Below, one piece after another: positions 49,809 to 60,087 of a stretch of DNA of 64,000 bases (position 1 is the stretch's first letter; each line of letters opens with the position of its first letter). The stretch lies in the IMG/VR virus record IMGVR_UViG_3300037149_000100; one strand, 5' to 3'. Source of the DNA: a virus. Position numbers and translations under genes: made by a program. The notes under the pieces are model-generated. The model had not been told where the DNA came from, made no database searches, and worked only from the letters and a program-made list of their open reading frames with translations.

Positions 49809-52086
49809 TGGGTATTAGTTAGGGTGAGGTATGAAGATGCAGAAGCTACGCAGAATGGATGCACGGTTGGAAGTAGATGTGACGGATGGTCAGCCTGACA
49901 TAGAGGTTCTAAGAGAAATGGCCCAACGGCTGGCGATTAACCTACTCTGTGAGGATGACACAACATGCGCGGGTGTAGGGAGTGACAAATACTGCATAAC
50001 CTATAACATCCGACATTACGATGTCCCAGATGGGACTCCTATATTCAATGTGGATGAGGCAGCAGACCATCTTGAACTTACAACTCCTCCAATCATTCAG
50101 CGAGTAGAAGTTCCAACTCCAGTCCCATCCCTTTCTTTTTGGGACTTCCTAGCAGGTAGGAGATAAAATGATGATAACAGCTTACAAAAATTCAGGACAC
50201 GCTCTAGTCGAAGATGCCTTAGCAATCATTTTGATAACTCTTATTCTTGCGTGGACTTGGGGGCTATGAGTATGCGAATCGTCAGTGCGGCTGTGTGTTA
50301 TCAAGGTGTGATCTTCAGTCTTCCGGCCCCGAATCGGCACCATCATATCCTTCATGCAATGTATCAGATGGGGCTGCCTAACAGTAGCCATAGGGAGCAG
50401 GGATTCCTTACGGATGAGGGGCACTACATTGATCGACTCGGAGCATTGGAGGTCGCTCAGGCTGCTGACCAGATCATTTCAAATGAGACGACCTGGGTTC
50501 CTGCCATAGGTTTGTTTACGGAGGATTTATGGTAACAGCCCCACCCTGCCCACTCTGCCAGCAGCCTCTAAAGCGAGTCACTCAAGGCCCATATTCCCCT
50601 CTGAACAGCGATCAATTTGATGCGGTGAAGGCGGGGGATTGGTTCTGCGAGTGTAGCAGTAACAGTAGGGGTCATGCCCCCTACGCCTACTTTTGGAGCA
50701 GGGAAGTAATTGTCATAGCTCCCGACTATCAGATTTAAGTTAAGGGAGGGTTTATGGACAACCCACATTTCACCTCAGATGATGTTCGTCGCCGCTTAGC
50801 TACGATCCGAGAAGACTTGGATCATGCTTACAAGATTGGAGCCAGGATTGCATCCCACGAACTTAGAGGGTATGAGCAAGCCCTCCAATGGGTATTAAGT
50901 TGCATGGAGAGTAAAGATGTTCCTACAGATCCCGAGGCGAATGGTAGGTAACTACTACGTTTGGCAAACCAGCACTTACGGCCAGGAGTTTCTGGACGGG
51001 TCGGCTCCGGCTGACATATACAAGATGAGACCGATGCCCTGCACCCCTGCGGGTGACTTGCAGGCCAGCTTCGGCACAGCCCTGGAAGCTGACCTGATGC
51101 TTTCCGCCCTAGAGAAGCTAAGTGATGAGGACAGGGAGATTGCATTCCAAATTTCCCGTACGGGTAGATAAATTATTCAAGACTGCAAATAAAGGAGTTA
51201 CAAATTTGCTCTGAAAAATCTTCCCGATCAGTATCTTTGCAAAAAGTTCTATACAAAACACCTCGAAACAGGGTATACTAGATACATGGGGGAAGAGAAC
51301 ATGACCAAGACGAAGAAAGAAGCGATGGATCAGGTCGAAGCGAACGCCCTGATGTCGTGGAAGATCGCTGCTCAGAACGCCATCCGCGATCTCGCGGGGA
51401 ACAACAAGGAATTCGTCGCTGATGATGTGTGGGGCCTGCTCCAGCGGCGTGGTGTCCCTGCTCCTCGTGAGCCTCGTGCGCTCGGCCCGATGATGAAGCT
51501 GGCGGCGGTCGCTGGAGTCATCGAGTGGACGGGTGTTCACAAGCAGTCCCGTCAGTCCCTGAACCATCAGCGTCCGGTGGTGATCTGGAAGTCCCACATC
51601 TACCGTGCCAAGCCGGTTCCGAAGGCCACCGTCACGGTCAAGCGGGGCGGGTTCCTCTCCTGGGTGAAGGCCATCTTCACCGGCAGGGATCGGGTGATCG
51701 CATGAGCGAGACTCCTTACAAGGATATGGAGTTCAAGGATCTCGTGACCGAACAGACCGGCAGAGCCCTCATGCAGTTGGGTGCGGGTTGCACCCTCAAG
51801 TCCATCATGTGGGAGGCCATGTCTACCGCTCTGAGTTGGAAGCAGGAGCGTGACAAGGCTCTGAAGGAACAGGAACAGGAGAAGAAGGCATGAGCATCAC
51901 CTTCGAAGAGAAATTCAATGGGGGCAACCCCTGGCACCTCGTCTACTTGGATGGTCGTCAGGTCGGCGTGATCAAGTCTGAGGGTGGTGGGTTCAAATAC
52001 CACCCTCATGGGGCCACTGCAATGAATGCTGGAGATGTCTTTCCCACTCTGGCGGAGTGCAAGCGAAGTCTCAGCGAATAACCCAT

Positions 52087-52265
52087 ACCCGGTTCGTCTA
52101 AATGGTAGGACACTCGCATTTAGGTAGTATGTTTGTGTAGGATTGCCTTGAGTAAGCAGTGTAAAGCAAACCTACCCGATACCGCATCAGCTAGTCGGGG
52201 CTACTCACCTCAGAGGATCTGATGAGGAACGAGTTATATGGGTTCGAATCCTGCACCGGGTACCA
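52087..52265 (+). ncRNA. tRNA-like RNA with a 113-nt structured insertion in place of the anticodon loop
   Basis: ACCCGGT/ACCGGGT-ACCA, D arm, T arm, CTCG/CGAG stem enclosing 52117-52229. Confidence 0.75.
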
Positions 52266-52270
52266 ATCAG

Positions 52271-52304
52271 CACCCAGACTATTTGTTCTGGGTGTTTTCT
52301 TTTT
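52271..52304 (+). terminator. Rho-independent terminator
   Basis: CACCCAGA...TCTGGGTG then T tract. Confidence 0.75.
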
Positions 52305-52351
52305 GACCAGAATGAGTAATAGGTAGAGAGAGATATCAAAGGAGCAATACG

Positions 52352-53323
52352 ATGCCTTATGCGGCTATGACTAACTATGTTAGTTCTAACACCACAATGA
52401 TGACTGGAGGGGTTCAGACCCTCGTCTGGCAGGACACCACTCCTACGGATACGGACTATGATGCTGAGGGTAGCGAAGGCTACACCAAGATGGCGCAGAG
52501 CGTGGACATGGAAATGAAGATGAAGTCCAACGCTGCCTATACGGTGAGTCGAACCCCCTACAGTGTGGACCTTATATTCAGCTTCGTCAAATCGAAATTT
52601 TCCAAGCTAGAACAGCGTGAAATCGAACAGCGGCTCCGGAACCTACGGTTGGTCATCCAATCGTGCGGACAGACCGGACAGACCGCCCTAGCCGACCAGA
52701 TGCTCATCGAGCAAGCGACTGCGATTCGTCAGCAGGAAGTGGCAGCAGCCGGGTATGACACGTTCGTCACGCTCAAGGATGTGATGCGGTTCAAAGATAA
52801 GACCAAGACTCAAATCGACTGGGCTCTGTTGGAGAAATTCCCTCGGCCAATCCCACAAGGAATCCGAAACAAGATCGCCACCGTCAAGAAGAAGAACTTG
52901 TTTGATGAACTGATGGTCCTGTTTCACAACCCCACCAAAGAGCAGCTTAGCTCTACCAAGGAGAAGATTATCTCCAAGGATCCAATTCTGTTCGGACGGT
53001 TCGCCTATGCGCCTGAAGTCCTTTACTTCATCTGTGACTGGGAGGATGAAGTGTGCCATCTGACGATGAAAGAATTCGTCAAGCAGCTTTCTCAGGCCGA
53101 CCCTGAGTTTGAAACCCAGACGGTGAAGCCGATCAGCCGCAAGGAAGCGGAAGCGATCAAGGAACGGGCGATGGAGAAGGCTACGGTTCTCAACCGCACC
53201 AATCGTTCCTCTTACAAGGAACTTGCGGCCCTGGACGATTTGAGCAATCAAAAGTTCAGTTGGAAGCTCGTGAAGACAGTATTAAAGACTTTGTGGAAGA
53301 CCAGAAAGAACGGGGCAGACTGA
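52352..53323 (+). CDS. hypothetical phage protein
   Basis: KDPILFG...LYFICDWEDE; AAGGAG RBS. Confidence 0.6.
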   Translation: MPYAAMTNYVSSNTTMMTGGVQTLVWQDTTPTDTDYDAEGSEGYTKMAQSVDMEMKMKSNAAYTVSRTPYSVDLIFSFVKSKFSKLEQREIEQRLRNLRLVIQSCGQTGQTALADQMLIEQATAIRQQEVAAAGYDTFVTLKDVMRFKDKTKTQIDWALLEKFPRPIPQGIRNKIATVKKKNLFDELMVLFHNPTKEQLSSTKEKIISKDPILFGRFAYAPEVLYFICDWEDEVCHLTMKEFVKQLSQADPEFETQTVKPISRKEAEAIKERAMEKATVLNRTNRSSYKELAALDDLSNQKFSWKLVKTVLKTLWKTRKNGAD

Positions 53324-53662
53324 TGGCAGAAGAACCCAATAATCAGTGTAGCGAAGAAGTAGTTCTTGCTCCAATGCTTAGGTACCGTGACCCGGAGGGG
53401 GAGCAAACCTGTGCGTGTAATTTCCAGGGAGACTCCTGCCTCTACTTCGAACTTTGCAATCCCGGCACGATGTTCGCAAGGTGTGCGCTTTTGGGAGGCC
53501 CCAGACTCACACAGAGACCTTCCGGCTGTCACAGTTTCGTTCCAAGAACGGCTTGCCCACTCAAAAACCTTCCAACTCAGCCTGAATCGGTCTGGAACAA
53601 CCAGATTGCGGATGACACGGATATGAATATTTACTAGCCAGCCCACTAATAGGAGAAATGGA

Positions 53663-55579
53663 ATGGCTTTGGATTTTGCACTGCTAGCTAAAAGGCGGCA
53701 GGACTTGCAGGACATGAAAACTCAGCTTAAATCTGAGTTTTTCGGCATGGATGATATCATTGATCGGGTTACGGCCTCGATTTACACATGGTACATCTTC
53801 CCAGAACTCATCACCCGACCTGTCATCGTCAATCTGTGGGGCATGACCGGAGTGGGCAAGACTTGCCTAGTCAGACGTATCAGTCAGATCCTCCACTTCT
53901 TTGATCGCTATGTGGAAATCCAGATGGACAGCACCAGCAGCGGCAGCGGATTCTATTCGAGCAGTATTGCTACGATCCTCCGCAATTCCAGCATCGAAGA
54001 GAGCACCCCTGGCATCCTTCTGCTGGATGAGATTCAGCGATTCAAAACGGTGGGTGGTCACGGTGAGGATGCACCGGTAGAGCGGTTCCAGGATGTCTGG
54101 ATGCTACTCTCCGATGGTAAGTTTGCCGCTGACAGCAGCTTGTTCCGTGAGGTTGAGGAGATGCTCAACTATCAAATGTGGAATGGCAATGGGGGAAAGT
54201 CGGACGATGAGGATGATGAACCTGAAGAGGGGAAACCCGCTAAGAAGAAAAGAGCCAAGGCTGTGGTGAAGAAGTTCTTCATCAATCCGTGGGAAGCCCA
54301 GAACTTGAAGAAGATTCTGAAGCTCACTCAGCCCGTTCAGGAGATCATGACCTGGAACCTCGCCAGGGTGCAGTCCGAACTGATCAACATCCGCACCCGA
54401 ACCAATACGTGGGAGACGGATTATTCGAAATTGCTGATCTTCGTCTCCGGAAACCTGGACGAAGCGTTTAGCGGGGCCGAGGCGACTGAGGATTGTGATA
54501 CGGATGCGGACATCTATCATAAACGTACCCGGAAGATCAGTCAGTCCGATATCAAGGAAGCATTGCGGAGGCGGTTCAAGCCTGAGCAGATTGCTCGTCT
54601 GGGCAACAACCACATCATTTACCCCAGCCTATCTAAGTCCTCCTATGAGGCTCTGATTCTTCGCACTTGCAACAACTACGTGTCGGAGATGGAGCAGTTG
54701 AGCGGGTTGAAGTTTGAGTTGGACCCTGGCATCTACAAAGAAATCTACGAGAACTCTGTCTATCCGACTCAGGGAACCCGGCCTGTCTTCAGTTCGGTTC
54801 ATAAGATCTTCAGCGGAGCCCTCAGTAACATTGCCCTATGGGGTCTGGAGAACCAGTTCCAGAGCATTCGCATCATCATGATGCCAGTGGAACAGAAGCT
54901 GGTTGGCATCTGTGGGGACCAGCGGATTGAGATTCCGATTGACCTGGATATGCGATCTACCCGTAAGCTCAACACCCTGGATTTCAATACGATGGTTGCG
55001 GTTCATGAAGCCGGTCACGCCTTGGTCTACGCATTCTTGAACCGGCAGGCCCCGGCTGAAGTGAAGATCAATCTGGCCAGCTACCAAGGAGGCTATAACA
55101 CCTTGGAGTGGGGGAGCGGGTTCCCAACGAAGATTCAGGTTAAACATAGCCTCGCTACCTATTTTGGTGGGGCGGCTGCGGAAGAGATTGTTTTTGGTTC
55201 GAATCGTCGGAGCACTGGTTGCTCTCACGACATCAAGATGGCTACGTCCGTGGCGGCTCAGTATGTCCGTCAACACGGTTTCGATGGAACGATCAGTCTC
55301 ATCACCGGAGAAAACGGCCTGGACACGGACTACAACACCGCTGTGGATGCTACGAATGATGCGATTGAGAACCTCTGTCAGGAAGGACTCAAGCAGGCCA
55401 ATTCGGTCATCGTTGAGCACCAGGAGGCTTTCAAACTGATCGTTAACGCTCTGCTGGACAGCAAGTGCTTGACCCCCCAGGATTTCAAACAGCTTGTGGG
55501 CCATCTGCTCGAAATCAACCTCACCGAACCCAGCAGCAACCATAACACCGCTTGGCTCAGCTACAGCCAGAAAGCCTAG
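53663..55579 (+). CDS. AAA ATPase fused to M41-type metallopeptidase (soluble FtsH-like)
   Basis: GMTGVGKT, LLLDEIQ, VAVHEAGH, GGAAAEE...STGCSHD; no TM segments. Confidence 0.85.
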   Translation: MALDFALLAKRRQDLQDMKTQLKSEFFGMDDIIDRVTASIYTWYIFPELITRPVIVNLWGMTGVGKTCLVRRISQILHFFDRYVEIQMDSTSSGSGFYSSSIATILRNSSIEESTPGILLLDEIQRFKTVGGHGEDAPVERFQDVWMLLSDGKFAADSSLFREVEEMLNYQMWNGNGGKSDDEDDEPEEGKPAKKKRAKAVVKKFFINPWEAQNLKKILKLTQPVQEIMTWNLARVQSELINIRTRTNTWETDYSKLLIFVSGNLDEAFSGAEATEDCDTDADIYHKRTRKISQSDIKEALRRRFKPEQIARLGNNHIIYPSLSKSSYEALILRTCNNYVSEMEQLSGLKFELDPGIYKEIYENSVYPTQGTRPVFSSVHKIFSGALSNIALWGLENQFQSIRIIMMPVEQKLVGICGDQRIEIPIDLDMRSTRKLNTLDFNTMVAVHEAGHALVYAFLNRQAPAEVKINLASYQGGYNTLEWGSGFPTKIQVKHSLATYFGGAAAEEIVFGSNRRSTGCSHDIKMATSVAAQYVRQHGFDGTISLITGENGLDTDYNTAVDATNDAIENLCQEGLKQANSVIVEHQEAFKLIVNALLDSKCLTPQDFKQLVGHLLEINLTEPSSNHNTAWLSYSQKA

Positions 55580-56135
55580 GAGACCCTGTGTTCACCTTGC
55601 TAATCTTTATTCTTTGCTTCATTGGATGGGTGCTGAACATCTTCAAGTTGGCCACTGACAATGATACGGTGGGGGTCTGCTTCACTGGAGGTAAGGATGA
55701 GGTGAAATCCTGGTTGGATGAGAGCTACCCAGGCTGGACTCAGTAATAAGTTGTTAGGCCACACTAGTGGGTTGCTTGGAGGACAGATGATTTATTCGAA
55801 ATCGCAAATCGCGGATGCGATTCATACGTATGTGAATATGCGAAAATCCTACATCGCATGGAAGCGACAGGTGGAGCATGATAAGGTGCTCCGTAGTGAA
55901 CCTGCGTTCATGGAGTGCAAGACGGAACTTAAGAACAAGGAAGCAGAGCTTCAACAGATGGCCATGAATCTGGGAATGGATGAGTGGGATGCAACTCAAG
56001 GGGCCGCAGCTTTAGGATTTCTGGATGGATTTTTGGCTGGTCTGGGCTGTCTTCCGGCTTACCGGGCTCAACGGACTCTCGGGGAAACACCTCAATCGAT
56101 CAATCCGATGGGCGATGATTATTATGAAGAGGATT

Positions 56136-56456
56136 ATGTATAACAAATACCAACGACTCCAAATGGAACTGGAACAGACCGGCACGGGCCGGATGAAATG
56201 CTTCGGATCTAGTATGACACCGATATTACCTTCCGGGGGAGTGATGACTACCTATCGGAAGCAGGATGATTACGAGGTAGGGGATATCGTGTTTTGTCGA
56301 GTCCATGGAAGATTTATAGATGCTCATTTGATTACCAAAAAGGCCGAGTGCGGCTTTCTGATCAGCAACAACCACGGTCACGACAATGGCTGGACGAAAC
56401 AGGTCTTCGGCAAGGTGGTTCAGGTTGAGTGGAACGGTGGGGGCAGGACTTTTTGA
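56136..56456 (+). CDS. S24/S26 peptidase-like protein
   Basis: GSSMTPIL...VGDIV...H...VFGKVV. Confidence 0.55.
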   Translation: MYNKYQRLQMELEQTGTGRMKCFGSSMTPILPSGGVMTTYRKQDDYEVGDIVFCRVHGRFIDAHLITKKAECGFLISNNHGHDNGWTKQVFGKVVQVEWNGGGRTF

Positions 56457-57021
56457 GGTGGGTATGGCCAAAATAAATATCAATGATACGGTTCGGTTCA
56501 GGCTGACTCCGCACGGTGAAGCCATCTGGCAAGCCTATCGGAGTCAGCGTGGAATCCCGTTCACCCCATTCAACGCAGCAGATTCTTGTGGCAGAACAGA
56601 GATGCAATTATGGGAAATGATGCACATCTTCGGTCCTGCCCTCTACATGGGGTCAGAGCAGATCATCGTAGACAATGAGGTTATCGTATGAAAATCAGAA
56701 TCAACGTCGAAGAAATCAGGGCCATGAACAAACGGAGGGCTGAGATCAATGCCCTGGAGTTCAAGGATATCGAATGGTTAGAAGATGGGAAGCCCATCCA
56801 GATCGACCCATCCGTTACGGAGGACTGGGATTTTACCGGCATGGGAAACTATAGCTTCGTGGAGTATGTGATCGATTCCGATCCTGAACATCCACGAATG
56901 TCTGTGATGTACCTCTGGAAAGAGGAAGAAGATGAGAAGAAATAGAAAAGATTTCCTATCTATTTGAGGTGGATTTGGGGTATCATACTTAAAGCCCCTT
57001 AGTGGCTGAGGAGAGACACAC

Positions 57022-58233
57022 ATGACCATCAATCAGATCAGCACCTCTCGTGGACCTCTGGAAGAGGTTCGGAATGAGAAAGGGCGGTCTATCACCGCGA
57101 TCAGCATCACCAATTTGCTCGGCCTCACCCTCGCTGTCTTTCAGGCCCGCTTGGGCCTGCATCTCAAGACCGAAGAGAAGCAGAAGGTCGTGCCGCTGAG
57201 CGACCTGCGTGAACTGATGTTCAAGGTGTACGAGAGCGATGTCCCGTATGAGAAGCGGCCCATCCTGCGGTTCCTTCAGCAGGAAGCTTGGGATGAGATC
57301 CAGTTCATGCCTCAGCCGGATCGTCCCCCTTCGGCGGAATACAAGCCTGCGGCTGAGCGAATGCCCAACCCCATGCCGGTGATCTCGCTGGCCCCTATTG
57401 GCCCCGATGAGATCAATACGGTGAACGGACGAGACCTTCATCTCTCCCTTCAGGAGTCCCAGCCCTATGAATCGTGGATCACCGAAGCCATCACTCTCAG
57501 TCGGATGAAGGGGCGGAGCGGGTGGGTGGAGAACGAAGACTACGCCGTCTTCGAATCCAAGATGTTCCCCAGCAACAAGAAGATCAGGGAGTATGCGCTC
57601 TCCTTGGATATGGCCAAGGAACTGGCCATGATGAGCACGGGTATGAGGGGTGAGCAGGTTCGCCGCTACTTCATCGCTCAGGAAAAGAAGCTCAACCAAA
57701 TCGGTGGAGTCATGCAGACTCTCAAGGGAATGGGGGCCACGATCATCGAAGCGGTCAGCAACATCTTCGGATCCCGCATGGACCAGAGCGACAAGATGCA
57801 GCAACTGATGTACAGCCAGCAGGTTGAGCACAGCAATCAGATGAACCTGCTGCTCCAGGGTCAGCGGGATCTGAGCAATCTGATCTGCGAACTGATCCCC
57901 CTCATCCCCGACAAGCCTTCCGAAGACGAGGCTCCCGCTCCTGAACCGGTGCGGCCCAGGATCAAGCCCGACACCTACGTTCAGACCTATCTGGGGCAGG
58001 ATGTCTCCAGGCTTCTGAATCTCCCGGTCAAGAACTCCTCTCTGGGCCGAAGTGCGCTCGGACTGGCGGGTGATATGGGGTGGATGGAACCTTACGGGGA
58101 GCATTACTGGAAGACGACCCCAATGGGTCGGGCCAATAGTTATGTCTCCCATGGTACGCCTAACGCTCACTTCACTCAGAAGGGTCTGGACACCCTGCGG
58201 GAAGTGGTGGAGAAGAAGAACACCAAGGTCTAG
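57022..58233 (+). CDS. AntA/AntB-type antirepressor-domain protein
   Basis: TVNGRDLH...ENEDY...EYALSLDMAKELAMM...GEQVRRYFIAQEK. Confidence 0.85.
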   Translation: MTINQISTSRGPLEEVRNEKGRSITAISITNLLGLTLAVFQARLGLHLKTEEKQKVVPLSDLRELMFKVYESDVPYEKRPILRFLQQEAWDEIQFMPQPDRPPSAEYKPAAERMPNPMPVISLAPIGPDEINTVNGRDLHLSLQESQPYESWITEAITLSRMKGRSGWVENEDYAVFESKMFPSNKKIREYALSLDMAKELAMMSTGMRGEQVRRYFIAQEKKLNQIGGVMQTLKGMGATIIEAVSNIFGSRMDQSDKMQQLMYSQQVEHSNQMNLLLQGQRDLSNLICELIPLIPDKPSEDEAPAPEPVRPRIKPDTYVQTYLGQDVSRLLNLPVKNSSLGRSALGLAGDMGWMEPYGEHYWKTTPMGRANSYVSHGTPNAHFTQKGLDTLREVVEKKNTKV

Positions 58234-58577
58234 CTCTTATCAGGACACCTAGTTGCTACCCATGGAAACAAATCTTCCATGGGTATTTTGTATACCATCT
58301 CACCATAATACCATGTGTAATTCCAATCCTTGAAGATTGCTTCCTCGCCTTCAGGCCAAGGCCGATGCAGCACATCTCTCGCATAAGCCAACGCAGGCCC
58401 CGCATCCTTGGCGATTGCCTCCTCACCCTCTGGCCAACGGTGATGTAACACCTTCTGAGCATACCAAAAAGCTGTGCTGGGATTACGGCTGATAGCTTCT
58501 AGTAGCCTTTTGCTAACTAGGTTATTTTTGCCTAGTGCCTGGATCACATTGGAACGTAAGGATTTGGTCTGGCTCAT
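58230..58577 (-). CDS. short tandem-repeat protein
   Basis: Two copies of YA..VL...WPEGEEAI.KD. Confidence 0.65.
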   Translation of the reverse strand: MSQTKSLRSNVIQALGKNNLVSKRLLEAISRNPSTAFWYAQKVLHHRWPEGEEAIAKDAGPALAYARDVLHRPWPEGEEAIFKDWNYTWYYGEMVYKIPMEDLFPWVATRCPDKS

Positions 58578-59841
58578 ACGAAAGAGTCAGAAAGCTTGAA
58601 TTTTGCTATACGAATCAGTTCGGATGTGGGTATAATAAATAGAGGAGGTCCGCATGGACATGGATGGAGTTGACGCAATCCATCAAGGAGATGGTCTGAA
58701 GCCACGAACCGTGGATAAGATTCTGGCGTGGGCGGATTTTGTGAGGACTGACTTCACTTGTCAACTACTCCCGAGTGAAATGGCACACCGGGATATTTTT
58801 GTGCTGACTGATGAAGTCAAAATCCTACGGAGCAGGGTTGCAGAATTGGAAGTTGATATTCGCCGCACCAAATCGGCATACGATTACGTTTGCTGGCTCA
58901 CAAAGCAAGATAGTAATGCAATTTACGACAAAATCGTCAACGGAGAGGGTTAGAAATGAAGCAAATCTACCCCATCTACCTGGACGAACGGATCACACGA
59001 GATCTGTGTGACCAACATTGCCGTGCGGAGTTCGATAGGGAGACCCGTTTCCACCCCAGAACTTGCCGGGTACGCTACGATTTCACGGCTCGTCTGCTCC
59101 GAACCGGAGAAGTGGAACTGTGGGTCACTTATGACTATGACGATGGGTTCCGCATGGCTGCGGGTAATGTCCTGCGACAAACTCTTCAACCTTTCACTAA
59201 GGAGCAAATCGCTCAGATCGTGGATAAGGAGAAGTTCCGACTGGCTAAAATCGCTTACGACGAACGTAAGCGTAAGCAAGAAGAACGTGCAATTCGTAAA
59301 CTCATGGGGAAGATGTTCCCTACCAAAAGGAGAGCCCGTGAAATACATCCGCTACGACAGTCTTGACATCATCATGTTCGGGGATCACGTGCCCCACAGC
59401 ACCATTCATCAATGCCTGAGTTGCCGTTCTGACCTCATTAGCGCAGGGTTTGTCAACCCTCAGACCTGGGAATGCTACGGTGAGTCCGTCAGCCTGAAAC
59501 GCGCCTCGCTCAAGGAGGACACGGACATCTTGCGAATCCAGAACCATATTCATGACATCCCCCACCCCAAAGCTGACTATCAGCGAGGGTATGATGCGGG
59601 ATTCGACGCTGCGACCGGAGCGGATGACCCCAATCCGATGTGCTGAGATGGGGCTAGCGGATAAGTGGATGCCCTTGATAGAGCATATTGTCTCTCACTA
59701 TAAATTCGGAACGTTGAATAAGGTTTCGGTGAGACCAGAGCGGGATCCTCAGCTACAAAGGCTCGAAGCTGACCGCGAAGAACTTCATCGGTGAGGAAAA
59801 GCATCAATTGATGCGGCGAGAAGAACCAGAGGAACGTAAGT

Positions 59842-60087
59842 ATGACCAATGAGTGGGATGAATTGTTTGACCATCTGGAGCAGAACCCCGTAGAGAAGGA
59901 AGAGACGGAGGATCCGATAGAAGATTGCGATTCAGAATGCTTCGAGGGGACAGAGGTCGCAACCCCCAGTCCCATCCGCCCACGACCCAGAGGCTATAGG
60001 GGAGAAACAATTGAGGATTATTGGGGAGAACGAGCCGAACAGTTCAGAAGAGAGTATCAGAACGGAGGTGTCATTAGCTTCGGTTAG
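59842..60087 (+). CDS. fourth EWDEL-motif protein; stop lies inside the terminal CRISPR repeat
   Basis: MTNEWDELFDHLE; TAG at 60085-60087. Confidence 0.6.
   Translation: MTNEWDELFDHLEQNPVEKEETEDPIEDCDSECFEGTEVATPSPIRPRPRGYRGETIEDYWGERAEQFRREYQNGGVISFG

Noticed and set aside
52117-52229. Group I intron or hammerhead (CTGATGA)
   Set aside because: Too short and no P7-like core; no GAAA partner following a stem II
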